DNA of 52,028 nt, the filler included, from Squatina squatina (lineage: Eukaryota), in the NCBI GenBank assembly GCA_031763465.1. It is 3 parts of 3 records of this genome, joined end to end, with 100 filler letters (N's around TTAATTAATTAA, not from the genome) between each part and the next. Parts side by side here need not be neighbours in the genome. Positions count along the whole stretch, not along the records: positions 27,521 to 52,028 come from JARFOE010000192.1; 2 more parts are not named here. One strand, 5' to 3'. The notes beneath the pieces were generated by a model. That model did not search any database. It was given only the letters and a program-made list of their open reading frames with translations, and was not told the DNA's origin. Below, one piece after another: positions 27,421-40,570 of the stretch; within the stretch, counting starts at the first letter, position 1, and the number at the start of each line of letters is the position of its first letter. The position numbers and the translations under genes were made by a program.

Positions 27421-27520
27421 NNNNNNNNNNNNNNNNNNNNNNNNNNNNNNNNNNNNNNNNNNNNTTAATTAATTAANNNNNNNNNNNNNNNNNNNNNNNN
27501 NNNNNNNNNNNNNNNNNNNN
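27421..27520. other. Synthetic scaffold-concatenation linker
   Basis: Identical 44 N + TTAATTAATTAA (27465-27476) + 44 N. Confidence 0.95.
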
Positions 27521-29898
27521 CAACCAGCAGCTTGTGCTTTCATGTTAGCACATTCACCCCATGAACTGACGCAGTTAGTGCAGACTTATGTTTTATCCAT
27601 TATCTGCCATTCTAAGCAGCAGGCTAAGTGGTTCGGTATTGTACCTGTTTCCAGCCACCACTTGGACTCAACTTCCACCACTTCAAAGGGAGGGGTGACT
27701 TGTTCCTGTTTGTGTCATGTTCAAATTAAAAAGAGATTAATAGGCAAGAATGATACCTCACCGAGGGGTTCAGGTGGTACAATCTGCAAAAACAAGAGCA
27801 AAGCTTAAGAGGTTCATTGTCGTTTGAACCCTGACTAAATCACTTCATTGTAAACACTTCCACCTATCCATTATTTGGCAAGATATATACAACAGCGATA
27901 GTCAGACTGATCTCACTGAAGTCTGGCACATAGTTGCCATATGCCACTGTCCCTCCAAGCTGTTTTGTTTTTCTGCTATGGATATCATTGCTGATACTGA
28001 TGCTCCCACTCAGCTGAGCCATGGTGACCCCCTCTTGCTGAAAGATTAATAGCGCTGTTGCACTGCAGGTAACTCTTTGAAACTGCTACCTGGTTACAGC
28101 AATCAGGTTACCGTCTGAAACCCAGCTGTGTGCAGAACATGAGTTAGCTTGGACATGTTATATTTTGTGGAGAAATAAATATGGCTGAAGGATTATTCTG
28201 AGAGTCATGTCAGAACTTTCAGCACAATGAAGGCAAATGTGAATGGTACTTTGCAGTATTATGCCTGAATTTGGTTACTGCATGGCTCAAGTGCATATCA
28301 GACTGGACTCCATTATGCTATGGGGCACNNNNNNNNNNNNNNNNNNNNNNNNNNNNNNNNNNNNNNNNNNNNNNNNNNNNNNNNNNNNNNNNNNNNNNNN
28401 NNNNNNNNNNNNNNNNNNNNNNNNNNNNGGGATCAGGGGGTATGGAGAGAAAGCAGGTACGGGGTACTGAGTTGAAAGATCAGCCATGATTGTGTTGAAT
28501 GGCGGCGCAGGCTCGAAGGGCCGAATGGCCTTATCCTGCACCTATTTTCTATGTTTTCTATGTTTTCTATTCCTTTAAGTTACGCCTGAAATCAACAAAT
28601 CGCTGTCATGTTTGCTCCCAAAGAGCTGGTTAGGATAGGGCATTAGTTAAAGCGTTAGCTACTAAAATGCTGTGCAACCTCTTTAATGAACATCAACAGG
28701 CATTTTAAGTGGCAATCAGCTGTTCAACGAGCCTCTGGGTGGTAGTTCCGAACACTGGCTTCAATTCCTTTACCAAGATGGTGTCTTGCGCTAACCACAG
28801 GTAAACTGAGGTTGCAGCTTAAGACACCATCTTGGCCACCTCAGAGGCTCTTTCGCACCTAAAGTATTTGGCAAAAATATCTGGTTATCATCACGTTGCT
28901 AAATATGGGAGCTTTATGTGTGCAAATTTGGTGCCGCATTTCCTATGTTACAACAGTGACTGCACTTTGAAAAGTATCGCATTGGTTGTAAAGCACTTTG
29001 AGATGTCCTGAGATCATGAAAGACGCTATATAAATGCAAGTCTTACTTTCTTTATAACAGGCCTTTGGCCCTTGGAATAATGGATACTGCACTGTGTGTG
29101 AGGCCAAATCTAACCCTCTAAACTTGCTGGCAGTGCAACTTCCGAAACAATGAAGTAAACCAAAGTCAGAGTATATCTCGTAAATGCAAAATAAATTAAA
29201 TAAATAAAAACCTCAATGGAAGAAAAAGAGATAAGAGAATTCTACATAAATACATCCTCTCCACCCTCCATTCCAGCTCGCTGCTCTTTTAATGGAAATT
29301 TTCTAGACTTGGGTGGAAAGGTCACTGCAGCAGCCATCAGACAGAATATGGATATGTGCAAGGTTGCGAGATAAAGAGTGTGAAAGAGCTAATCAGGGCA
29401 AAAAACAATTATTAGTGCACACATAACAAATCACCTGCCAGGGAAAATTATTTATGAAAGAAACACTTGTTTAAGGCAATGACTAACATGGTGATAGATA
29501 GAGAATGTTTTGATGTGTTAATTGTTTCATGGAAGTGTTTACCTCTGGCTTATTGACTTAGGTGGGATTGAATGAAATGGAGTGACAGCAGTTGAAAAAT
29601 ATGATTCAACCATGAGCCATTGTTCCTACAGGCAAATCACCTTGAAGAATAACAAGCTTACCCTGCCCACTGAGTGCAGGGTATGGATTCAGCTGTGTTT
29701 GCTCTCATTCACACATTCAAGAAAATGGCCATCATGAGCACCTTCATGAATGAAGTGACTGCACCGAATGGGAATGTGCTGTACGCAGTCACATTAATNN
29801 NNNNNNNNNNNNNNNNNNNNNNNNNNNNNNNNNNNNNNNNNNNNNNNNNNNNNNNNNNNNNNNNNNNNNNNNNNNNNNNNNNNNNNNNNNNNNNNNNN

Positions 29899-29997
29899 TC
29901 TCTGAACCGCCTCCAATGCATTTATATCCTTCCTTAAATACGGGGACCAAAACTGCTCACAGTACTCCAGATGTGCTCTCACTAATGCCTTGTATAG
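29899..29997 (-). mobile_element. CR1-type LINE ORF2 fragment
   Basis: [27 protein letters not shown], the CR1 motif RPHLEYCVQFWSP. Confidence 0.85.
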
Positions 29998-30072
29998 ATG
30001 CGGCCCACTAGTGCCTCTTGAAGTGTAGTTGCAGTTGTAATGTGGGAAACATGCACAGAAATATGATATAGG

Positions 30073-30376
30073 TAAAAACAGAGAATGCTGGAAATACTCA
30101 ACAGGTCAGGCAGCATCTGTGGAAAGAGAAACAGAATTAACGTTTCAGGTCGATGACCCTTCGTCGGAGCTGGAAAAAGTTAGAGATGAAACAGGTTTTT
30201 AAGCAAGAGAAGGGGTAGGGAAGGGGCGGAGGGGAAGAAAGAATAAAAGGGAAGGTCTGTGATAGGGTGGAAGGCGGGAGCGATTAAGAGACATTAAGAG
30301 ATGGTGCAAGACAAAAGGAGATGGTAATGGGACAGGTTAAGAAATAAAGGATAAGTCTTGATGGGGTGTGAATAAG
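30073..30376 (-). mobile_element. Penelope-like element terminal repeat
   Basis: AAAAACAGAGAATGCTGGAAATACTCAACAGGTCAGGCAGCATCTGTGG...AACGTTTCAGGTCGATGACCCTTCGTC, recalled as a chondrichthyan PLE end. Decayed relatives at 9590-9655 and 43441-43628 (head-to-head inverted pair). Confidence 0.65.
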
Positions 30377-33141
30377 AGCAGAAGAAATAGGAGCAGGAGT
30401 AGGCCATTCTGCTCTGTCATTTAATAAGATCATGGCTGATCTGATTCTGGCCTCAACTCCACTTTCCCCATAACCTTTCACTCCCTTGTTGCTCAAAAGG
30501 GAAATGAGCAGCAGCTGTCGGGGGTGAGGGGGGAGCCCTTGTGGGGCCCCTATATTTTTTTTTATTTATTTAGTTATTTTTTTGGTTTTGTTTCCACCCC
30601 CCCCCCTCCAATAGATTTTCTTGTTCCTTCACTGTATTTTGTCCTGTGGCAGTGAAATGCTAACACAACAGGCCCTGCCATAGTTTGTTGGAAATCAAAC
30701 AGGGTTTTGCTCTCTCTGACTGCTGGTGGCAGTGCGATTGGTTCATGATTCATTACCGCATTACTGCACAATCAGCTTTTGCTCCAGTTCCAGCATCTTG
30801 CCAATGATATTGCTGCAACTTGTGCCATTGAAAATCTATTTGTGCGACTCAAAGATCAGTGACAGTCCCCACTGGGATTTTATAAAGCAGAGCCTGAGAA
30901 TTTAAATGGGTCTAAAGAGCAGAACTTCCTTTCTCTAAGCGGAGCTCTTGTGTCACCAAAATGGAGTGGGATTTCTCATTCAGGCAACTTTGAATTGCAA
31001 AAATACTTAAATGAGTGCATGTGGATTTTCTTTTCTTTTTATCTTTGTTTTTTTTCTTGCTGCTTGCTTTGTTCCATAAGTTGTATCCTCAGGATGTTAT
31101 ACCCTTCCAAAAGTTGGAGCAATTAAGGAAACAACAATAACATTGAATTGAGCAGAAATTCTGGACAGTTTAATGAGCCTTTCTCATTTCAACTGTGCAG
31201 GTCTAAAAGGCAGGCAACACATCAAAGGAATGGGTTTCCCTGACCCATTCAATGACTGTTGTACAGGGAGTGTATTCTCTTACCGACCAACGTGGATCTG
31301 TGGCTCCTTTACAATGGGAATCTCATTACTCAGTAAGATGATTGGGATGTAGAAACTGCATTATGCCTGTCGAATGGTTAGTCCCAGATTGTACCCTGAA
31401 TTAGGAGAAAGTTGTTCCAATGATGTTATTTGAACTGAAACACATATGGTGAACAATTAGTCCACTAATAACTCTTTCCATCCAGAAATGGGACTGAATG
31501 CTTCTTTAAGGACTTAATGGAGACTGCAGTGTGACCATTAGTTGACAGCTTGCTTGTGATATAAGCTTCAAATTCTAACAATTTAACAGCGGATTTTAAT
31601 GGGGGTGGGGAATGGTGCGTGTGAGCCCTAGGTGGGCAGCACACCCAATCCTAACTGAGAGGTCGCGGCTCAGCCGTTCATCGTTTCCATAAATTTTTTC
31701 CGACTCCCGTCTGAATCCAGACAGACCCATTGCCTGACTGAGTTCGGGCAGAAAGGGAATTTGGGCGGCAGAGTGCAGTAGCCAGGGACCCTTGGGATCG
31801 GTCTCCGGCAGTCAGGGCTCTGGACATGATCAGGGGGAGTCCAGGACAAGGGAGGCCCAATGCTTCCTTCTGAGGCCCAGAGAAGCACTTCTGCTTACAA
31901 GAATACGGGTGTGTTTTTACATTGTTTAATACAGAACAGCTAATATAATCAGAATTGACATAAACTGTATACTTGCAGTCACCACTGTCCTCAAATCTTT
32001 TACCTCCGGTTCCTTCCAGGGCACAACCAGAGACATATTGAGGGTCCCAGTTAACTGAACATAAATGCATAAGCAGAAGATAGATGATGGACGGATTGAT
32101 TGTTTGCCAGGGCTGGAACTTCCCTTGTGATGACAACAGCCGGAACGAGAGGGCACTCGGATTTGTCTCTCTGGTTGGATTCCCACGGGTATAGCAACTG
32201 TACACACGTGGCAATTCGAGCACTACCACAGCAACCAAGAGTTTTTAGAAACCACATCNNNNNNNNNNNNNNNNNNNNNNNNNNNNNNNNNNNNNNNNNN
32301 NNNNNNNNNNNNNNNNNNNNNNNNNNNNNNNNNNNNNNNNNNNNNNNNNNNNNNNNNNCTCGGGCCATGAGCAGGGGGGGGAAAGGGAGATACATGGCCC
32401 GAAGTCAAAGACCCCGCTGCCTTCCTGCAGGCCTCCTGCTCGCCTGCTCAAAACCGCAAGTTAACATCGGGACATGGCAGAAAGGCAGTGGGATCAGAGT
32501 GGGTAAGCTGCTGCCCTCATTTTAAATGCTCTCCTCCGCCCAGCTTCCTCCAGGTGGTGGGAGTTAAAATCGGGGCCAATCTCTTAGCAGTGTTCAATCA
32601 GACTCATTGGCTAGCCAGTAAGCATTATTCCCCCAATCAGAAGGGTAAAATTAATAATCTAGCTACTAATGATATTTTTGAGTAATGCAAGAGGCATTGT
32701 ATTGCAATAATGCAATAACTTTACAATCATATGGTTAGGATTAAAAGTTACCTGCAATGAATACTGTATCACTGTATATTATTACTCCTTATTTATATCC
32801 TGACAGTACCATTTGTAAATATCTGCCATGTTATTGAATACTTCACTACCACAATATATAATGGATAATGAATTAAAATGGCCATGGTGAGGTGAATAAA
32901 AGATAAGCCTCAAAAGGTCAAGCTTTTTTTCCGTTTGTGCAGGTGGTGTGCTATGTGAAACTATGGGACATGATTGCATTGTTAAACAATATGCAGCTAG
33001 TGTAGTCAAATATTGCCACAGTCAATGCTGAATGCATTATTCATTCAAAGCCAGAAACAGCAGCACACAGAATCTGATAAAAGGTGACATTTAAATGCTT
33101 GAACATTACCATATTTTTAAAATGGTGATGGATCCACACCC

Positions 33142-33597
33142 GTGTCAGCCATGGCTCATTGGCAGCACTCTCGCATCTGAGTCAGAAGGTTGTGAGTTTA
33201 AGTCCCACTTGAGCACAGAATCTAGGCTGACAGTCCATCAGTACTGAGGGAGCACTACACTGTCAGAGGTGCCGTTTTTATGATGAGACGTTAAACCGAG
33301 ACCCCGTCTGCCTCCTCGGCGGGATGTAAAAGATCCCGTGGCATTATTTCGAAGAAGAGCAGTGGAGTTCCCTGTTGTCTCCTGACCAACATTTATCCCT
33401 CAACCAACATTACTCAAACAAATTGTCTGATCATTATCATTTTGCTATTTGTGGAACCTTGCTGTGTGCAAATTGACTGCCGTGTTTCCTACATAGCATC
33501 AGTGACTACACTTCAAAAGGAATTAACTGGCTGTAAAGCGCTTTGGGACATCCTGAGGTTGTGACAGGCAATATATAAATGCCAAGTCTTTCTTTCT
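33142..33597 (+). mobile_element. Full-length tRNA-derived Deu-domain SINE (SacSINE1/AmnSINE-like)
   Basis: A-box TGGCTCATTGG, B-box-like AGTTTAAGTCC, central GATGAGACGTTAAACCGAG...AAAGATCCCGTGGCA, L2-like tail AAAGCGCTTTGGGACATCCTGAGG...TATATAAATGC plus (TTTC)n. Confidence 0.85.
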
Positions 33598-33689
33598 ATA
33601 AAATTATAGTTTTATTCACAGTTTAGCCAATAAAAATAAAGTTGAAGAAGTAACTCTTGATGACCTACTTGCTTTCTATATGTAGATCT

Positions 33690-34786
33690 GTCAGCTATTC
33701 TCAGGAGCTCATCCAGTTCCATTTTGAATGCTTGCAGCAAATCCACTCTCACTGCATATGCAGGCAACTTATTGCAGAGGATGACAACTCTCTGCGAAAA
33801 GAAGTACCTTCTGCAATTTGACCTAGTTCTTTGCTTTCTAACTTGTACTCACCTCCCTTGGTTCCCTAACCAATCTAGCTTGAATAGTCTATTTGCTTGG
33901 ACTGAGCCTAATCCTTTCCATATTGCAAAGACCTCAATCTCAACCCACAATGTCTACACTTTTTTTCTAAAATAAAAAGCCCATGCTCTCTTAGCTTATC
34001 CTGGTTACTGAGAGCCTTTAAACTAGGAATCAATCTAGAGGCCTTCGTTTGACCATTACCAGGGTTTTTATATCCCCAACATGTGAGGAAACTAAAACTG
34101 AACATAGTATTCTAGATGTGGTCTGACCTTATACAGATAAAGGATGGCATTTCTTGTTTAATATTTAATTAACCTGACAAAATGTCCTAAGAACATCTTT
34201 GCTCTAGTAATTGCCTCTTAGGACTGGCCATGGCTCTCCAAGGACTTGTGCACTCAAACCCTCAGGTCGTTCTTCTACTCAGCAGTCTTGAGCATGATGT
34301 ATACATACTTGATGTTGCCCTTACCCAAATGCATTATGCTACATTTATCTATATTTAAAAGACATTAGCTAGATATGGGCTCATTGCATCTAAATCAACC
34401 TGCATCTAAGGTCCTTACACCTGCACGTATCTTTGTGTCACCCATGATCTTGCAGATAATTCCCCCGATGCCTTCATCTAGATTGCTGTTAAAGATGGCA
34501 CAGTGCAATGGATCTAAACTGATCCCTGTGAGGCTCCACGATCAATTGGCCCAAGCAGAACCATTACCCTGAATAATTAGTTTCTATCGACAGTAATGCA
34601 ACTAGTTCCTTATTCAAACCCAAGAGCAAACTGCCAATCCCACAAAACTCAATGTTATTTAGTAGCCTCTCGCATGGAACTTTCTCAAAGGCTTTTTGAA
34701 AGTTTAGATACACGATGTCAACCAGGTTTCCAAAGTCAATGAGTTTTGTAACATTCTCAAAAAAATCCAACTAAGTTGCTGAGATG
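33690..34786 (-). mobile_element. Degenerate CR1-type LINE, RT to 3' region
   Basis: DFFENVTKLIDFGNLVDIVYLNFQKAFEKVP (CR1 RT motif D.VYLDFQKAFDKVP), then decayed ORF2 C-terminal sequence. Confidence 0.8.
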
Positions 34787-36971
34787 NNNNNNNNNNNNNN
34801 NNNNNNNNNNNNNNNNNNNNNNNNNNNNNNNNNNNNNNNNNNNNNNNNNNNNNNNNNNNNNNNNNNNNNNNNNNNNNNNNNNNNNNTGATAGTTTTCGTT
34901 AGGCAAGGGTACTAAGGGTTACGGAACCAAGGCATTAAGATACAGATCAGCCATGATCCAATTGATTGGCGGAACAGGCTCGAGGAGCTGAATTGCCTCC
35001 TCCTATTGCTATATTCTTAGCAGGCGGAAACACTCCACAAAGAACCTGCAAAACCTGTAAGAAATAATTTGGCACTAACCTACATTGCAACTTTTAGTCG
35101 TATCGGTCTTAAGTTGGACTAAGTGACCAGAATATACAACAATACTTTTCACTCAGCGATCCATTTGTTCCAATCAGAATCAGGTATAAAATCACTCTCA
35201 CACTAATACCTCATGGTGACTGTAAGTTGGAAGTGCTGGAAGAGTCAATGCCTCTCCCCCACATACAGGGAAGAGTGACACTACCAGTGATTGGGGAGTG
35301 TGTGCAGCAGGGTTTGGAAAGCAACAGATTGCCAAGTACGAACTGAGGAATCAGTTTGCTGTGCATTTAGAGCCAGACTGTCAGCCGCAGAGTACAGGAA
35401 TGGCCAAGCAAAACAACTTTCATTTTTATAGCATCTTTAATGTAGTAAAGTGTCCCACAGCGCTTCACAGTAGGTAGCGGATAGAATGGCCGCCAATGGC
35501 GGAGCAAGGAAAATGAGAGATGCGCAAGAGGCCAGAATTGGAGGAGCGCAGAGATCTCGGAGGGTTGTAGGAGGTTACAGAGTAGGGATGGGGCGAGATC
35601 ATGGAGAGATCTGAAGACAAGGACGAGAATTTTAAAATGAGCCGAGGGCCAGTGTAGGTCAGTGCGCATGGGGGTGATGGGTGAACGGGACTTGGTACGA
35701 GTTAAGATACAGGCAGCAGAGTTTAGGATGAGCTCAATTTATGAAGGGTGGAAGATGGGAGCCGGCCAGGAGAGCAGTAGAATGGTCAGAGTATTGGAAT
35801 AGTCATTGAAACCATCGTCATAGAACTAGGATAGATTGGAAGGATTCCACAGATCTTAAAGCCAGTCAAATGGTAACAGAGCAGACAAATTACTTCTGGC
35901 TTCAAGTCTTAGCCTTACTGTTGGACAGTGCCTGCCTGTACAGAATAGACGCATCATTCTGGCTCCTTTATGTTAACGACATTGAGAGGCAAATATCTGC
36001 AGCGCATTTTATGTAATAAAAAGGCTTTGCTATTTTAAAGGTGCTGAATTAAACAGCAAAGGGCAGGTACTATGAATATCGTTATCTGCTATCAACGAGC
36101 AAATATTTTTCATGAATTCTTGACGCAAAATACAAAGATACCACACTACATTCAGGAAACAGACTTAATCAGTAAACACATTTAGGTTTTTCTCCATTTT
36201 GTGATTTGCAATTACGTAAATAAGCACTGATAATTGAGAACAATATTTGAAAGAACAAACTGTACCAATTCTTCACTGGCAAGTGATAGATTGTGACCGA
36301 ATAGTAAACTAAGGTTTTGCCACCTGCCTTCAAAACTCTATAATTTCTACTCAAGATGACCGATACTAACAGCAACAGCCATTGTAAGGGAAGAATTGCC
36401 CCATTTCCTATATGCAGCAACATTGTAAATGCATTCTAAAAATAATGTGTTTACAACATTATCACAGAGTAACCATTTCCTCCTGCTATGCTTTTAAAGC
36501 AGTATGCCTTTACTCTCCTCATTGCTGAAACAGGGGAATAATTTCTAGCTGTCAAGCCTCCACTTGTCCACCATAGAGTGAGACAAAAGACATTAATCAC
36601 AGGCATGAAATCAGTGCCTTTAACGTCACATTAGTTATCCTGGAGTTTTGTCTTCATTTGTACTTTAAATGCTGAAGGAGGAGCGTTAATAGAGCCTGTG
36701 AGATCACAGTGAGCTTATTCTGCATGCAGATTCATCAAGTATTTGAAAGCTCCTGCAGTACGTAGGGTCAGTCTAAAGTTCATTTGATTTCATCAATAGT
36801 AGCTGAAGAGGGACGTTAAGAAAATTTTGTTTGAAGGACACTCTTGTGTAACTCTAAGAGTGCGCTGATATGGTTGAACCTCTCCAGACCATATTAGATA
36901 ATTTCGCGCACAATGACCCTCTCTATGTAGTAACATGACTTACTATTTTGAGACAATCAGCTAAGATATAA

Positions 36972-37114
36972 GGGCTGAACTTAACTTTTGTCGGTGGCAT
37001 AAAATGGGTAGTAGCAAGATCGTTCGCCCATTATATACCATGCCCGATTTTCCTTTGGTGGGGTGTATAACGGGCGCCCGATCTGCCACCATCACCACAA
37101 GTTAAAATCAGTCC
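36972..37114. mobile_element. Palindromic MITE (Harbinger-like)
   Basis: Ends GGGCTGAACTTAACTT / AAGTTAAAATCAGTCC are imperfect inverted repeats. Internal arms GATCGTTCGCCCATTATATACC / GGTGTATAACGGGCGCCCGATC. TAA/TAG flanks. Confidence 0.7.
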
Positions 37115-37676
37115 TAGAAGAGAGCCATCTGGTGTACAGGCTGAGAAATTATCTGTACCTCTGTAAAAATGTGCACTGAGACCTGCAAGTGAGTGAATCA
37201 GCAAAATGTAGTGTTTCTGTTTTGAAATGCAGCCGAAAGACTTCTCATACTTGGTATAATGAGCAAGAGAGGTAAAATGGGTCCTCATGCACACTTATAA
37301 TAGGGGTCCCTAGATAGCAGTCAAGAACAGGAACCCTGAACAATTTTCCCCTCCATTTTCCTTGAAACGCTGAAGAAAATTGTAGGAGCTCCACATCACA
37401 CGATATCAGCCAACTCGGTGCAAATTGGAGATTACACATGGGATCGTCTTCATCTGTATGGTTCAACCACTCAATGGCTTAGCCAGCTGAGCCATCAGAG
37501 GAGAAGCTTACATTTCTTGCATGTTATTGTATAAATATTGGTGTAACACTGTGTCCATATTTAAATTCAGCAAGTTCCCTAACTGGTTCCTTTGACTGGG
37601 AATTGTTTGGCTTGTGACAGTTGCATGTTGCAAACTAAAATGGCTCATAAATACAAATCACCTTTTGAAGCTCTAC

Positions 37677-38253
37677 AACAACAGCAACAGCATCTTGCAT
37701 TTATATAGTGCCTTTAAATGTATTAAAACATCACAAAGCACTTCACAGGAGAGTAAGCAAACAACAAAATTGGGAATGAGTCAAACAAGGAGACATTAGG
37801 ACAGGTGCTTTGGTCAAAGAGGTAGGTTTTAAGGAGCATCTTAATGGAGGAGAGAGAGAGAGATGGAAAGGGGGAGAGGTTTAGGGAGGGAATTCTAAAG
37901 CTTATGCCCTGGACAGTTGAAGACATTATCACCAGCAGTGGAGCGAAGTAAGTCCGGGATGCACAAGAGGCCAAAATTGGAGGAACGTAGAATTCTCAGA
38001 GTTGTTGGACTGGAGGAGATTACAGATATAGAGAGGGGCGAGGTTATGGAGGGATTTGAACACAAGGATGATAATTTTAAATTTGAAGTGTTGGACCGCG
38101 AGCCAGTGTAAGTCAGCAAGTACAAAGGTGATGCGTGAACGGGACTAGGTGCGAATTAAGATAATGCAGAGTTTTGGATGAGCTCAAGTTTATGCAGGTT
38201 GCAAGATTATGGAGGCTGGCCAAGAGTGCATTGGAATAGTCGAGTCTGGAGGT
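37677..38253 (-). mobile_element. L2-type LINE 3' region
   Basis: Reverse strand gives ...SSIKMLLKTYLFDQ and ends in the GCACTATATAAATGCAAG(TTG)n tail shared with the Deu SINE. Related copies at 35410-35805(-), 46185-46340(-), 20920-21065(+), 26570-26680(+) and 41260-41375(+). Confidence 0.75.
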
Positions 38254-40199
38254 AACTACTCTCGACCTTCAGCAAAATAATAGAAGGTGTCATCGACAGN
38301 NNNNNNNNNNNNNNNNNNNNNNNNNNNNNNNNNNNNNNNNNNNNNNNNNNNNNNNNNNNNNNNNNNNNNNNNNNNNNNNNNNNNNNNNNNNNNNNNNNNT
38401 TATAATACAAAACAACATGCCTATTAAGGAAAGATAGCTGGAAACACACGGAGTAACAGAACCGAGCGAAGCACAACAGGATCATGAATATATCAAATGA
38501 ATTAAACTGAAGTGTGTGATAGCATGATTCAAAGTGAAACAATATGAAGTTTGAATTGGCTGTTTGATACCAGGAAATACCAGGCTTTGTATGTATTAAA
38601 GTACATAATAAGTAACAGACCTCGTCAATTACAAGAATATAATGAGAAACAGGCCTTGTCAATTACACGTACACATTTATAAAGCTAGCCTTGTTGTCAC
38701 CCAAGAAGAACACTGCAAAAGAGGAGAAAGACATGAACCTGGAAGTTATAAACCAGTTAACCGAGTATTTGTTGTGATGAATTGCTTGACAACATTACAA
38801 TATTTTTTAGGAGGGATGGGGAGGGAAGGAAGGGGGTGGAGCATCAGTGTTTATAAAGGATACTATCACAGCACTAGAACGTAAGGATGTCCTGGGGATT
38901 AGCATCATAAAATCATACAGCACAGGGGGAGGTCATTCGGCCCATCAAGTCTGCGCTGGCTCTTTGAAAAAGCTGCGCAATTATACCCACTCACCTGCTC
39001 TTTCATTGTAGTCCTGCAAATGTCTCCATTTCAAACATAAATCCAATTCCTTTATGAAAGTTACTGAATCGGCTTCCACCACACTTTCAGGCCGTGCATT
39101 CCAGATCACAACAACTCGCTGCATAAAAAAAATTCTCCTCCTCTCCCCCCAGTTCTTTTGCCAATGATCTTAAATCTGTATCCTCTGATTATCGGCCCTC
39201 CTGCCAGTGGAAACAATTTCTCCTTGCTTACTCTTACCAAAACCTTCATAATTTTGAACACCTGTTAAATCTCCCCTCAGCCTTTTCTGCTGCAAGAACA
39301 ATCCTGGCTTCTCTAGTCTCGCCACATAACTGAAGTCCCTCTTCTCTTTACAGTTATTCTGTATCAATGCAGTGATTTCTTAGCCGCTTCCATATTTAGC
39401 GGGTGGGGGTAGGTTGATGGCCAGCAGGTTCCCAGTCAAAATAATTTACCTTGCTGACTGACGCAAAGGAATGTCATAGAATTTTACCTATCGAAAACTT
39501 AGGAACGTATCTAAGTGCTCCTTAAAAGCCTCCTCTTTGACCAAACGTTTGGTTAGCCTTCCTAGTGTCTCTGTTTTAGTCCCCATTTTTGTTAGATTAC
39601 GCCTCTGATGTTTGTTATTTTCTTATTCGTTCTTGGGATGTGGAACGTCACTGGCAAGGCCAGCATTTATTACCTGTCCTTGAGAAGGTAGTGGTGAGCA
39701 ACTCCTGGGCTTGATGGTGCTATTAGAGTTAAGATCAATTTACATTCCAGGATGTAGATAGAGGCTGGCTTCCACCACTGAAGCTTTGGGGCACTTTTCT
39801 GCATTTTTTCAAGTTGTAAATATTTAAAAAGTTGATGTAGTATTGTTTATTAGGGAACTTACTGTGTTCTTTCCCACCCGACACCTTGAAACATCCTAAG
39901 ATACTTCAATTACCGCACCACTCGCTTCCTCACTGAAGAGTGTTTCTATAAGTTCCATAACTGGTTTGATGACCGAGCCTGGTACCCGCTGGGCAGGATT
40001 ATTGGAGGAACAATCTACCCAGGTCAGTATAGTTCTAGCACATCAAGCAACCATATTACCTCTTATTTCATACCTCAGTGCAGTTGTTTAGATTTGTTTG
40101 ATGTATTTATTAACCACTGGAGTGCCACGGCTCAGTTATCCCGTAAGGATCGGAGGCTCCCCCAGCAGTGGTGAAAACTCATGCATTTTACATTGAACT

Positions 40200-40570
40200 T
40201 TAGAGCATAGAAACAGGCCATTCAGCCCAACAGGCCCATATGAGCCTCCTCCCACCCCTCTTCATCTAACCTGATCAGCATAACCTTCTGTTCCTTTCTC
40301 CTTCATGTTTTTATCTATCTTCCCCTTAAATGCAACTGTGCTTTTTGCCTCATCCAATTCTTCTGGTAGCAAGTTCCACATTCTAACCAGTCTCTGGGTA
40401 AAGAAGTTTCTCCTGAATTCCTTAATGGATTTATTAATGACTATCGTATGTTTATCCCCTAGTCTTGGTTTCCACATAAGTGGAAACATCTTCCCTACAT
40501 CTACCCTGTCAAACCCTTTCGTAAACTTAATGACCTCTATTAAATCATCCCTAGGCCTTCTCTTTCTAGA
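40200..40570 (-). mobile_element. CR1-type LINE 3' region
   Basis: KEFRRNFFTQRLVRMWNLLP...FKGKID plus 3' tail. Related 3' fragments at about 38908-39340(-), 42980-43137(-), 48067-48475(+) and 8963-9020(-). Confidence 0.8.

Noticed and set aside
31678-32238. 186-aa minus-strand ORF
   Set aside because: It runs from unique DNA into a repeat, has no ATG start and no recognisable domain.
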